Source of the DNA: a virus
Taxonomy: Duplodnaviria > Caudoviricetes
DNA length: 64,000 bases
Reading direction: 5' to 3' (one strand)
IMG/VR virus record: IMGVR_UViG_3300043442_000931
Span: 5,574-69,573 of that record
A program made the position numbers and the translations under genes. This document shows positions 11,501-20,409 of this stretch, in pieces. How positions within the stretch are numbered: the stretch's first letter is position 1; every line of letters starts with the position of its first letter. Under the pieces are notes generated by a model. It had not been told where the DNA came from and did no database searches. It saw only the letters and a list, made by a program, of their open reading frames with translations.

Positions 11501-14500
11501 GGTCGGTTTTGATAGCCTGTTGCTTCTTTTGTTCGGCATCGATTAGTGCATTAAGCTGGTTCTGTTGAGCAATAATACCGCCTAAGATTTTTCCTTCATC
11601 TTTCTTAAGCGCGTTTATTTGTGTCTGAAGTTCTTTTCTTTTTAGCTCCTTTGCCTCTCCCAGAGTTATCCCATTTAGAGACGTAATAAAAGCTAACTGT
11701 AGGCGTTGCCCAAAGTCTAACGAGTCATCTTTCAGACCTTTAACGTATTTTTGAGCTTCCTCACGCTGCTTAACTGTTTCGTCAAACTGCGTATTTAGCT
11801 GCGATAATCCTCGTTCTAGACCCTTGATATATGCGGTTCGCTCCACCTCCGACAGCTTCAGAACTTCAGCAATTGTCAGCTTGCGGTATTCCAGTTGCTT
11901 CCGAATCAGTGCTGCTTCTGCTTCTAACTGCTTTAGGCGTTGAGGCGCAGTCTTGGTTAACTGATCAGCTAGTTCATTGGCACGTTTCTGCCCATCAACC
12001 GAGGGGTCTCGATTGATGTCTTGCTTGCGCTGATTTTCAATCTGATTGATCCGCCGTGCCAGATTCGCACGCTCGGTGAGGATGTCTTTTTGAATACGTT
12101 CCTGGCGTTGTAACTGCAAGATGCGCTGCGAAACATCCCCTACAAAACCTGGGGTATTGGCAATCGCCAGAGCTTTATTGCGCCGGTCAGTCCTGGCCAG
12201 CTCTTCGTTATAACGGCTGAACGCTGCAACAACCAAACCCAGCGCCAACTCCAGCCCAATAAAAGCCGCCTGGAAGGTCAGGAACTGGGCAATGACACCT
12301 CTCTGGGCGCGTTTGAAGCCTTCCTGTACTGTTTGCAGGGTCAGTAGCTCGTCTTTGTACTTCTTGATTTCTTCAGCGGTATACCCCAGGTTGCGGCCCA
12401 CATTGTCCACAACCCGACTGAAGACATCCCCAGCCAGAGCCGCCAAACGTTGGTTTGCTGTGAGCTGGCCTATGGCGGCCCCAACTTCTGCGCCTTTACT
12501 GCCTGCTGTATCGGCCAACTGTTTGCTGGCGGACTGGGTTGTGGCGGCAATCGCATCCTGGGCTGCTTTCTGGTATTGATTCAGCGCAGGGACGGTGCCC
12601 GTCAGCTTGCTTGAGAGTTTTTCGGCTTGGTTTGCTACAACCCCCAAGCTGTTGCCCAGGGCGGGAGCAACCTTCAAGGCTCCCTCAAAGCCCATCTTGA
12701 AGGCTTCAAACGTTTTGCGAATCTGGCCGTTGCCTAGATTCTTGAAAACCAGGGCAATCCCGGTGACAAATTTCAGGTTATCAACGAAGTCCGATAGCCC
12801 CACCAGCTTGGTGGCGATTCGCACCTCGTTGAAGAATCGTACAAGCGGCAGATCCAGAAACGCAGATAGCGTCTTGAAGAAGCTGGATGCCAGATTAGCG
12901 GCCCCCAGAAACGCACTACCGAATTGCAGAATGACTTCAGTCGTAATTCGAATAGTGTCGCCAAACTCGCGGATCTTGAATTTGGCGAAGGCTGTACCCA
13001 GTTGCAGAATAGCCCCACCCAGCTCTTGGATGGTGCTGCGCACTGTGTCGTATTGCCTGTTGATTTCGGGGTCCAGCACAAATAGCGAAGCTATTTTCTG
13101 GACGGATTGGATGGCGTTTGTAGCGCCACCTCGCTGGTCCGTCAACAACTTGGCCAGCGGCCCAGCAGCCGACTGCGCGGCTAATGTAATCTCGTTTCTC
13201 AGATCTCGAAAGACTTTGACCACCGGCAATAGCTGGGCGGACACAATCTTTTCGGGTTCCGCCGACAGCAATGCAGCCTTAATCAGGTTGCCAACTGATT
13301 TGCCTTGTTCTTCCTGGGCGTTACGGTCGGCGTATTGCTGGGAGAACGCCCGATAGGTGTCGCGCAGCTCCCGCACAAAGCTGGAGGAGGCCACTTGACT
13401 GAACAGGGTGGTGAAGCCACTTAGCAGCACTTCGCTGACCGACTCAGCCGTATCCAGAAACAGCCCCTTCAGCCGATACAGATTGTCAAAGATGGCGTTG
13501 AGTCCCGCCAGCAGCGGGGTCAGCAACGGCTTGCCTGCCGCTTGCCCCACCAACTCAAACAGTTCTCTGAAGTTCGAGGTAACCCCACTCAAGGTCGTCG
13601 CCAGGATGGCTTGCCCGGCAACCGCCGTCTTCAGCTTGGTCTGGATATAGCCGACCACACCATCTGTGGTGTTGCGGGCTTTCTGGATGTCCGCATTGGT
13701 GATGCCCAAACGTTGGGCCAGCAGCGAATCCTGATTGACGGTCCCCGTCAGGATGGAGCTGATTTCCTGCTGGGCCTGGAAGAGGGGAATGCCCAGCGTC
13801 CCCAGACCCGCCGTAAAGCTGATGGCTAGGTCTTCGGCGTCCTTGATGGTGCCCCCAATGGCACCAATATTGGTGGCGACCGTCTGGAAGATGTTGATGA
13901 CTTCCGCCGAGGTCACTCCAGCCAGCTTCAGAGAACGGCGGCGGATGTTCTCGATGGCGGTATTGACCGGACCCTCCAAAGCCAGGATCTTCTGGAGGGG
14001 GTCTGTAATCTCAGTTCCACTTTGGGAGACCTTGGTGGTACTGGCCAGGACCGTCTGGGTGGATAGGATGGTTTCCTGTAGACGGGCGTTCTGGCCGATC
14101 AGATAGTCAAAAGCACCACCAAAGATAGCCTGGAGTGCGTTGGCAATCTCAAACAGACCCTGGAAGGCCAAGCCCAGCCGAGCCAGATCATTGATGGCTG
14201 TGTCAATGTTCTCGCTCAGTTGTCCCAGGAAGTTCCCATACAGAATCTGCTTGCCGGTCTGGATGGCGATGCCCTGGACTTTGGCAGCAACACCAACAAC
14301 AATCTCACCCAGTTCCTCATACAGCCCCACCGTAAACTTCTCGGGGGCCAGGACCGCAAAGGCGGCAACCAGTGCCTTGCGGAATTGCCCAACACCCTCG
14401 GCCAGCCGTGGACCAAATCCCGGCACTTTTTCCAGCGTGTTATAGGTCCGCTGTACGTCCTGATAGACGCGACTGAAGACGTTAGGTAGTTGCAGCAGTT

Positions 14501-14846
14501 GCATCGAAAAGGCCGACAACTGCTTCAGCGCATAGGCGACCGTATTGATCGAGCTGGCCAACACCTGTGTGGTGGTGCCAATCAGCGTGGCTGATTTCTG
14601 GATTGAGGTATCGACATTCCGAAACGTCACCTTGGCCAGGGTGTCGCTACGTTGTATGGTTTCGTCCAGTTGCTCGTTTAGCTTCTTGGCGCTGGCGGTT
14701 ACCGCTGCGAAGTTGGCCTTGACGTTGACGGTTGGTGTTCGGCTGGCGAGTTGGGTGACCTGTTTGTCTACCGCTGCCAGATTGCGCGTGGCTGAGGTCG
14801 TATTCGCCGACAGAAATAGGGTCAGCTCCCCTGCCGAGACTGCCAT
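8589..14846 (-). CDS. Tape measure protein
   Basis: 2085 aa Ala/Leu-rich helical protein; C-terminal FANGG...FATGGIVNTPTLGLVGEG...EAVVPL. Confidence 0.92.
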   Translation of the reverse strand: MAVSAGELTLFLSANTTSATRNLAAVDKQVTQLASRTPTVNVKANFAAVTASAKKLNEQLDETIQRSDTLAKVTFRNVDTSIQKSATLIGTTTQVLASSINTVAYALKQLSAFSMQLLQLPNVFSRVYQDVQRTYNTLEKVPGFGPRLAEGVGQFRKALVAAFAVLAPEKFTVGLYEELGEIVVGVAAKVQGIAIQTGKQILYGNFLGQLSENIDTAINDLARLGLAFQGLFEIANALQAIFGGAFDYLIGQNARLQETILSTQTVLASTTKVSQSGTEITDPLQKILALEGPVNTAIENIRRRSLKLAGVTSAEVINIFQTVATNIGAIGGTIKDAEDLAISFTAGLGTLGIPLFQAQQEISSILTGTVNQDSLLAQRLGITNADIQKARNTTDGVVGYIQTKLKTAVAGQAILATTLSGVTSNFRELFELVGQAAGKPLLTPLLAGLNAIFDNLYRLKGLFLDTAESVSEVLLSGFTTLFSQVASSSFVRELRDTYRAFSQQYADRNAQEEQGKSVGNLIKAALLSAEPEKIVSAQLLPVVKVFRDLRNEITLAAQSAAGPLAKLLTDQRGGATNAIQSVQKIASLFVLDPEINRQYDTVRSTIQELGGAILQLGTAFAKFKIREFGDTIRITTEVILQFGSAFLGAANLASSFFKTLSAFLDLPLVRFFNEVRIATKLVGLSDFVDNLKFVTGIALVFKNLGNGQIRKTFEAFKMGFEGALKVAPALGNSLGVVANQAEKLSSKLTGTVPALNQYQKAAQDAIAATTQSASKQLADTAGSKGAEVGAAIGQLTANQRLAALAGDVFSRVVDNVGRNLGYTAEEIKKYKDELLTLQTVQEGFKRAQRGVIAQFLTFQAAFIGLELALGLVVAAFSRYNEELARTDRRNKALAIANTPGFVGDVSQRILQLQRQERIQKDILTERANLARRINQIENQRKQDINRDPSVDGQKRANELADQLTKTAPQRLKQLEAEAALIRKQLEYRKLTIAEVLKLSEVERTAYIKGLERGLSQLNTQFDETVKQREEAQKYVKGLKDDSLDFGQRLQLAFITSLNGITLGEAKELKRKELQTQINALKKDEGKILGGIIAQQNQLNALIDAEQKKQQAIKTDRQGQDAKRDLAGIFTGTVEATSAKIEEIVQKLQERLRASSPTAPDFQEQLRAVELARNLAQDAGKSVLDKFTEASQVQADAARKVKEAEVEAADIRRNSIKTELQKRIEGINEESSQLLGLADEKRDRELDLQRQIRKSQEDIAEIQRKSWLNQVRQARIIQAILEGIELPGLKPATDIKLLAKALRSAGLTLTADQYKQYTGQGINYRELASNPALQLKGIEAYLQTEGIFAGKEPKAVLDLVGAASTKDAAKAKQFSNLAFSYFQDLYRDQYSTPYLSLAQRKQLARQKLNPVAIADSDPSLKALAQVDPLRGLKLEGTALQSEQQAQGTLRGALQQALAVVSRSPSPGARYAQRILFGLQNTANDKGSENAKRLAVSTARTPQERYNAARELREYEAYGRARERFSTTISQFNALVSQLYAQGEQGLVDELFKLIKILEEGKRRLYDPSFLREANAQIQKALKSDVFTESGTKLADDLEAVTQEIANYKAGLGGTVSSIKEEVEQAFKTLFPQGYSATDLGAVELANAARKVVTLQAVLKRTATALANIPQTLAEMTANDAEIQAILQGPQAYEQYLKQKPLMDAVGGADQLAAIRTSLAGIGDQAVSIQEIKRFAAEGVLTADQEKLLTTALEQSGKGAKTLSELLEQLAETLIKAADSTKQLQLAQNLANQDKTNLSSRVQLQAALGQISPEEAQIRQQEIQSGAVFSPEVREKYAAALREGAALQQQVQLVEQLRGGFSNLFTDVISGFDQAAQAGTSFWDAIRQAAGNFFNSLGKYLLDLSAKQAGDGILGFLGKVIPGLVPGGGVSAGGGFGLFDLLGGAGGAFGSAGSGFLGAATDLSWGASGLSFNPALGFANGGIARGGFKAFATGGIVNTPTLGLVGEGRYNEAVVPLPDGKSIPVQLAGGGAGGVQIGSVNISVQNTGETLSVEAQRSIANQARAIAVEEIVRQTRSGGVLRQGGFR

Positions 14847-14857
14847 GACGCAACCAG

Positions 14858-15319
14858 TTAGCTTCTCTTATATACTGCCGCGAAAATTGGCATTGGGATA
14901 ACTCTTTTCGCTAACAGTTGTTCCAGAACAAACCGAGTTTCCTCACTCAAGGTTTGACGTTCGTCCGCATAACTCAAATTCGGATAGGGCAGGAAGTCAC
15001 GGAGTTGGATTTTGGGCTGTTTCTTGGAGCCGCCGAAGCCCATCGCCACCTGAATGACGATACCGGCCAGCTTTGCGGTGGTGATGCTGGCGGCATTGTG
15101 CTGGGCTTGGTCGTAGCGGTCCAATTCGCGCAACATCGCCCGCACCCGAGAGACGGGGGTACGGGCAAATGCTGCGGGGGTTAAAGCACCACCTAGAGGA
15201 CTCAGCGCCAGTCGGTAATACAGCCGCTCATAGTCCGTACGGGGCTGTCTCAGGAGGCTTTCGCAACCTCGGAGGACGGCTTCCGGCGACTGGTCGTCTT
15301 GAGTTCCACTCCGTTTCCC
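14858..15319 (-). CDS. Tail assembly chaperone GT, C-terminal part reached by -1 frameshift
   Basis: The -1 frame is open from the slippery site G GGA AAC (15313-15319) through LRQPRTDYERLYYRLALSP into ORF 14858..15145. Confidence 0.75.
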   Translation of the reverse strand, partial: GKRSGTQDDQSPEAVLRGCESLLRQPRTDYERLYYRLALSPLGGALTPAAFARTPVSRVRAMLRELDRYDQAQHNAASITTAKLAGIVIQVAMGFGGSKKQPKIQLRDFLPYPNLSYADERQTLSEETRFVLEQLLAKRVIPMPIFAAVYKRS

Positions 15320-15810
15320 ACCGGCTCCTCGGTGGGCCAGCCGTCACGCTCCCAGCGCAGCAGCTCGAAGACCCGATCCACCATCGTGGAGGGCATAGCG
15401 TGGGTGTCATCCATCGTCCAGTCCGCCAGTTGCTCCCAGGTGCCGCTGGCATTCTGGGCTTCGGCGCGGAGCTGCATGAACATGGTGACGATTTCGTGCG
15501 TCGTGGCCCGAGGATTGGCCAGGGCCGCATTGATATCGTTCACCTCCTCCAGATACCGATACAGCAGATCCTGCTTGTCGGTATTGGGGTTGGACAGCAC
15601 CTCCAGAGCTTCTTGGATGGTGATGCCGTTATCCTGGCTGATACGCTGGGCTAACCGCAGCATCCGATAGGTCTGCTTGGCCTCGCGCCGATTCATCTCT
15701 TCCAGAAATTCTGCTTCGCCCCCTACCAGCTCGTGATAAACCGGAAAACGGAACGGCTCGATGGTGTGGTATTCCTGCGGCGCAAAGAACCGCTTCGCAT
15801 ATTTAGACAT
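15250..15810 (-). CDS. Tail assembly chaperone G
   Basis: Between tail tube and tape measure; in-frame slippery heptamer near the 3' end; ATG MSKYAK at 15810. Confidence 0.75.
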   Translation of the reverse strand: MSKYAKRFFAPQEYHTIEPFRFPVYHELVGGEAEFLEEMNRREAKQTYRMLRLAQRISQDNGITIQEALEVLSNPNTDKQDLLYRYLEEVNDINAALANPRATTHEIVTMFMQLRAEAQNASGTWEQLADWTMDDTHAMPSTMVDRVFELLRWERDGWPTEEPVGNGVELKTTSRRKPSSEVAKAS

Positions 15811-16039
15811 TTCGGATGACGATATCCATGTTGTATGCCACCAGCGGAGTTGCTGCATTTAGCGCCTCGCTGGGTAGCTCTATCATAATTTGGTTTCTAG
15901 CTTCATCAAGTACCACTATTTCGGTGGTGCTGACCCCGCTATCCACCCAGATAGCACCAACGTGCAGCAGATCCGAATCGACCTGCTGCACGTTGATCAA
16001 CCAGATCCTATGGTGGGAATCGGTTAGCCAGTCCATCAA
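15803..16039 (-). CDS. Hypothetical protein
   Basis: 78 aa ORF filling the gap between tail tube and chaperone, co-oriented. Confidence 0.5.
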   Translation of the reverse strand: MMDWLTDSHHRIWLINVQQVDSDLLHVGAIWVDSGVSTTEIVVLDEARNQIMIELPSEALNAATPLVAYNMDIVIRNV

Positions 16040-16930
16040 TTACTGAACGGAAGAAACGCTCAGTTGGGTGGAACTCAGATAGCGACCGAAAACCGGCCTA
16101 CCACGGCTCATCACATCGAAGCTGACCTCCACCAGATTTTCGGCAGAGTTGCTTTCGTTGTAGTTCATGATGCAGCCATTGAAGCCCGCAAAATCATAAG
16201 CGTACTTCGCTGCATCAGCAGAGCCATCATTGAGTTGGCCCAGCTCCTTAAGGAACTCAAAATAAATTTCAAAGCTCTTGTCGTAGCGGGCGCGTTCAAT
16301 CATGGCAAAGGCTTCGTCATACCCACCTAGGAAAATGGGACCAGCCGAGAGCCGAGCCGCCGCCACCGTCAGGCTGAAGCTGGTTCCAGCTCCACCCAGA
16401 TTGGTGTTGCTGGCCGACAGGGTATCGGCATTGGCATAGCCGGAACCCCCGTTGACAATCACCACAGCAGTGACAGCACCACCAGACACGGTGATGTTGG
16501 CGGTTGCGCCCGTACCGGACCCGGAGGTGGTCAGCGGCACGTTGCTATAGGAGCCGTTGGTGTAGCCGGAACCGCCCGTGATGGTTCCACCCCACGTACC
16601 CGTGATCAGCGAAGTGGCATTGGCGTCGATATCCTTCTGGAAGTAGGCAGTCACAGAGGATTGGACCGACGAACCCGTGATGACACTGTCAGACCAGCCG
16701 TCATCGCCCAGGAGCCGAAACTCTTGGTTGTTGTCGTTGACCTGGAAGGATGCCTGGGTAACACCCTGGAAGTTGACGTAGCTGCCACTGTTGGGAAGCG
16801 TGGGCAGGGTAATCAGCCCAGTGACTCCGTTACGTGTGGCGAACAGCCGGGTAGCGTTGGAGAGCGCATAACCCCGAACCACAGTGCGATTTGCCTTGAC
16901 AAAGGCATTCCCGATTTGAAAGTCAGCCAT
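16040..16930 (-). CDS. Major tail tube protein with an inserted Gly/Ser/Thr-rich domain
   Basis: EFRLLGDDGWSDSVITG and ENLVEVSFDVMSRG core; position in the tail module. Confidence 0.8.
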   Translation of the reverse strand: MADFQIGNAFVKANRTVVRGYALSNATRLFATRNGVTGLITLPTLPNSGSYVNFQGVTQASFQVNDNNQEFRLLGDDGWSDSVITGSSVQSSVTAYFQKDIDANATSLITGTWGGTITGGSGYTNGSYSNVPLTTSGSGTGATANITVSGGAVTAVVIVNGGSGYANADTLSASNTNLGGAGTSFSLTVAAARLSAGPIFLGGYDEAFAMIERARYDKSFEIYFEFLKELGQLNDGSADAAKYAYDFAGFNGCIMNYNESNSAENLVEVSFDVMSRGRPVFGRYLSSTQLSVSSVQ

Positions 16931-16938
16931 GATGCGAC

Positions 16939-17352
16939 CTATGCGAGGTTGGACATGAAGACCGGATCGGAGATCCGCAGCGTCAATTGCTCGTAGGTTT
17001 CATCGGTGGGCGACAAGTAAGTTGCCTGAACCCACGTGGGAAACGAACGCATGAACTTTTCCTGAATTGGATAAAGCGTGACAGCGTGCGAGTAATTGAC
17101 AAAGGTCACGACCCAGGTGCGGGTCATATAGATGGACCCCACGGCAGGCTGGGTGCGGGTAAGCGGCGCTTCCTGAATGGAGCACTCGATCCCGGTTACC
17201 TGCCAGTTGGATGGCACCATCTGGCGACCCACAACGTAGATCGCCGGGGTTGTGGTTCCATCCGGGCGTGTGTACACGCCCAATTGGTCCCCAACCAGGG
17301 TGGTGACAAGCGACCGAACGTCCTTGACCGTGGCCGGTAGGGCGCTAGTCAC
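16939..17352 (-). CDS. Putative tail terminator / completion protein
   Basis: Size and position between the gp10-like gene and tail tube; GTG start at 17352. Confidence 0.55.
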   Translation of the reverse strand: MTSALPATVKDVRSLVTTLVGDQLGVYTRPDGTTTPAIYVVGRQMVPSNWQVTGIECSIQEAPLTRTQPAVGSIYMTRTWVVTFVNYSHAVTLYPIQEKFMRSFPTWVQATYLSPTDETYEQLTLRISDPVFMSNLA

Positions 17353-17719
17353 GGGCCACCTCCTCCAGGGCTCGGCGAAACTGTTGGTCGAACAGTTGTT
17401 GAGCCCCACTCATGGGTTCCTGGGTCCAGGGACGCGCAGGTAACTCCATGCCGTTGCGCCACTTGCCCCCTTCGTGGACCTGGGCGGAATAGTTGGTTCC
17501 CCAGCTCCAGCGGATGCCTTCGGCGGTATCGGTGCGGGTCTGGGATGCCCGCAGGCGACCCGTATCCACAATGTCCCGAGGCGAGGGCTGGCGGGGCCAG
17601 TTCCACTTCGGGTCCGATATTTCCGACGTGAACTGGACATCCAGCACGTCGGCAGTCCGCTTCAGCGCCACCTGGGCGGCTTGACGGCATAGCTGGGTCA
17701 GTGGAATCCGCTTAGACAT
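17345..17719 (-). CDS. HK97 gp10-like tail completion protein
   Basis: IVDTGRLRAS...YSAQVHEG...PARPW motifs. Confidence 0.75.
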   Translation of the reverse strand: MSKRIPLTQLCRQAAQVALKRTADVLDVQFTSEISDPKWNWPRQPSPRDIVDTGRLRASQTRTDTAEGIRWSWGTNYSAQVHEGGKWRNGMELPARPWTQEPMSGAQQLFDQQFRRALEEVARD

Positions 17720-18098
17720 TGGCAGTGCTCCCCCGGCCAATGGCCTGGAAGGTGCCTACCAAGCGTTGGTGCAGATCCTTCTGGTAGGCGCTTTGGAGCG
17801 CCAACTCCAGCCGTAGCTGGAAGCTGCCCTGGACCCCATTCAGGGTGCATTTCGCGACTGCACCGTTGGCGACACGAGCATCCAGCGTCGAAGGAGCCAA
17901 CAGACGACCCTCGCACAGATAGCTGGTTTCGTCGGCACCAACCAGGGCTTTCCATTGCGGGTTCTGGGGCTTCAGATAGGCCGAATAGGTGACTGACTCG
18001 GTGGTCTCGACCACGTTCCCCGTGTCGGGGTCGGTGGTGTAATCCTCGTTCAAGTCGAACACCAGCGAGGCGTTTGCAAAGGGAACCCACGCACTCAT
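17712..18098 (-). CDS. Putative head closure / head-tail joining protein
   Basis: Position after the adaptor; size 128 aa. Confidence 0.55.
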   Translation of the reverse strand: MSAWVPFANASLVFDLNEDYTTDPDTGNVVETTESVTYSAYLKPQNPQWKALVGADETSYLCEGRLLAPSTLDARVANGAVAKCTLNGVQGSFQLRLELALQSAYQKDLHQRLVGTFQAIGRGSTANV

Positions 18099-18412
18099 AC
18101 AGCACCACCCCAGGTGAACCCGCTGATGGGCAGTGAGTCACGCAGACGCAGATACTCCTGGCCATACAGCGTGGCCTGATAGCCAGTGCCGGATGCCTGG
18201 GAGCCCGCGCCAATCTGGAGCCCCATCTGAGTCAGACGGGTCGCCAGATTGTGAGCTGCCAAATGTTTGATGCCTGCGGTCTGCCAGTCACCCCAAACGC
18301 TTGATGGAACAACCAGCTCCACCTCTGCCAGGGCTGCCTCGATAACGGCTGTGGCCACATTGGTGAACTCAGGAAACCGAGTCAGGAATTGAGTGGCAGA
18401 CACAACAGCCAT
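18095..18412 (-). CDS. Head-tail adaptor (DUF4054-like)
   Basis: FLTRFPEF, HLAAH, TLYGQEYLRL motifs. Confidence 0.85.
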   Translation of the reverse strand: MAVVSATQFLTRFPEFTNVATAVIEAALAEVELVVPSSVWGDWQTAGIKHLAAHNLATRLTQMGLQIGAGSQASGTGYQATLYGQEYLRLRDSLPISGFTWGGAV

Positions 18413-18828
18413 CAGCCATTACCTTCCTTGATCTGGTTCAGGCGGCGGTTGATTGCGTTCTTGACCCGAATCCGCTGGTCCTGGGCTTCCCAGGCTTGCA
18501 GCAGAGCTACGTCGAAGCATCCCGCCAGTACATCCAGTGCCTCACCCAGATGCAGGTCAGCCAGTGTTTGCGGGAGTTCCTGGGTAGGGGTGACGGTGGG
18601 TGACTCCTCGACAACAGTCAGGGCACCCAGCTTCATCAGCCGCTGGATTTCACCGAAGTGCAGCAGCTTATCCCAGGTTTCGGCGTCGATATCCCGATTC
18701 AGCCCACCTCGGATCTGGACGAACCGGGTCTGCGTTCCCTCGGCAGGAGTACCAATCAGCGAAAAGCCAACAGTGGTATCCGGTTCCTTGGGCGGGTTAT
18801 CGAGTTCGGGTTTGAAGGAAATCAACAT
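18412..18828 (-). CDS. Hypothetical virion-associated protein
   Basis: Between MCP and adaptor; C-terminal RIRVKNAINRRL helical module. Confidence 0.55.
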   Translation of the reverse strand: MLISFKPELDNPPKEPDTTVGFSLIGTPAEGTQTRFVQIRGGLNRDIDAETWDKLLHFGEIQRLMKLGALTVVEESPTVTPTQELPQTLADLHLGEALDVLAGCFDVALLQAWEAQDQRIRVKNAINRRLNQIKEGNG

Positions 18829-18864
18829 AGCTGGTAAACCAGTTCAGAATTTGGTTAGTCAACT

Positions 18865-19788
18865 CTAGGCTTTTTCAACCACGAGGACGCTCTTGGGATA
18901 GTAGAGCGCCACTCCACCGATGCGGGCGTGAGCTGCAACGGTGAACTCAAGGTTGTTGCGCAGGGGCGGCAGGAACTCCAGGGGCTGCGGCAGATGCAGT
19001 TGGAGTTTGTCGGGGTTCCGGTCATAACAGATGATCCGGTCCTTCGACAGAGCACCACCAGATTTAGCGGCTTCAAGCTCGTTAATCGGCTCGATGGCCC
19101 TAATCATGGGGCTGGTGCGCAGGAAAAATTCCATGACCGTCGTGTCCGAGGTCGAGGAACGGGGAGTGGTGCTGATAACGCGATACACGTCATAGGGCAC
19201 CAGCATGGTGTTCGGCACTTCCTTCATGTTGGAGTTCTGGACGAGGCGGGTCGGGGCCTCATTCAGCAGCGCCAGCATTTCGTCGGGGGTAACACTGCTG
19301 GTGGTAAACCACTTGTCAGGGACAATCTTGTCAACTTGGTCGTTGTTGAAGAAGCCCTTCATGGAGGTGCTGGAGTCGCCGTAATAGGCAATCTGCTGCA
19401 CCTTCTCCTCATAGGCACGACGAACAGCGTTGGCGCGACGCTGCTCCAGATTCATGCCGGGGACCATCGCCGCAGCGCGGGTCTCTTGAATGGTATAGCT
19501 GAAGCTGCCACCCAGAGAGCGGACCGGGTGAGTGACTTCCCGACGCAGCACATCGGTGCGGGGCAGATCACTAGCCTTGTCGGTGATGATCTTCATCGAA
19601 CCCTGGCTGTCGAACACCCGATAGGTGAACGAGTCAGCGCCATTCCCGACCTCGGTGGAAATGGGAAGCACCTGGGCGTACTTGATGTCCGCATAGGTTA
19701 CTTCAAAGGTCCGAGCCAGGATCGTCTCCAGCTCACGCGCCAGAAAGATCCCAACATCGTCATTACGGATCTGATCAGACATAACCAT
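18865..19788 (-). CDS. Major capsid protein (DUF2184 / linocin M18-like)
   Basis: FLARELE, YSIQE-like YTIQETRAA, RIGGVALYYP signature. Confidence 0.9.
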   Translation of the reverse strand: MVMSDQIRNDDVGIFLARELETILARTFEVTYADIKYAQVLPISTEVGNGADSFTYRVFDSQGSMKIITDKASDLPRTDVLRREVTHPVRSLGGSFSYTIQETRAAAMVPGMNLEQRRANAVRRAYEEKVQQIAYYGDSSTSMKGFFNNDQVDKIVPDKWFTTSSVTPDEMLALLNEAPTRLVQNSNMKEVPNTMLVPYDVYRVISTTPRSSTSDTTVMEFFLRTSPMIRAIEPINELEAAKSGGALSKDRIICYDRNPDKLQLHLPQPLEFLPPLRNNLEFTVAAHARIGGVALYYPKSVLVVEKA

Positions 19789-19805
19789 GATTAGTTACCT
19801 CCCTA

Positions 19806-20399
19806 CTAGGCGGCGTCAGCGGTAACAGTGATGCTGGGAATATCAATTTCCAGCAGAGCCAGCCCAGCACCACTTGTGGTGGACAGCCAGCGGGCACCGG
19901 CAGTTACCTTGACGGTCTTGCCTGCATCCGCTGAAACGTCGAAGCGACCGGCGTACTTGGAACTGGCAGTGGTGTGACGAATACGAACATCGCTGTTCAG
20001 CTCGGGCACCGCTTCGTTCACATACACCCAGATAACGCCTTTGCTCAGGACGTTAATGGGCTGCTTGTCTGGGTAACCAATCAGATTGTTGGCATCCTTG
20101 GAAGCCAGCGTATAGATGGAACCAGCGCTGTTTTCGAAAACGTGGGTGTCGGTGGCGATACCCATGATGGTGTCGGTAGCACCGGAAATCTTCTTGACAG
20201 ACAGTTGGGTGCCGCTGGTGTTCAGCACCACCACGGAACCAAATGCCACGACTGCGCCGGACTCGTTATAGCCGGTACGCACCACATAGCTTTGGAGATC
20301 GGCAATCATGCCTTCGTGGCCCGCAGTCAGCGTCCGCGAATAGGTGCCTTGAACCCCAGTGGGATTCGAGACCGTGGTCGAAGTGAAAGAGACAGCCAT
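19806..20399 (-). CDS. Capsid decoration / cement protein
   Basis: Between DUF2213 and MCP; beta-rich with INVLSKGVIWV motif. Confidence 0.7.
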   Translation of the reverse strand: MAVSFTSTTVSNPTGVQGTYSRTLTAGHEGMIADLQSYVVRTGYNESGAVVAFGSVVVLNTSGTQLSVKKISGATDTIMGIATDTHVFENSAGSIYTLASKDANNLIGYPDKQPINVLSKGVIWVYVNEAVPELNSDVRIRHTTASSKYAGRFDVSADAGKTVKVTAGARWLSTTSGAGLALLEIDIPSITVTADAA

Positions 20400-20409
20400 T
20401 GGTCTGCTC

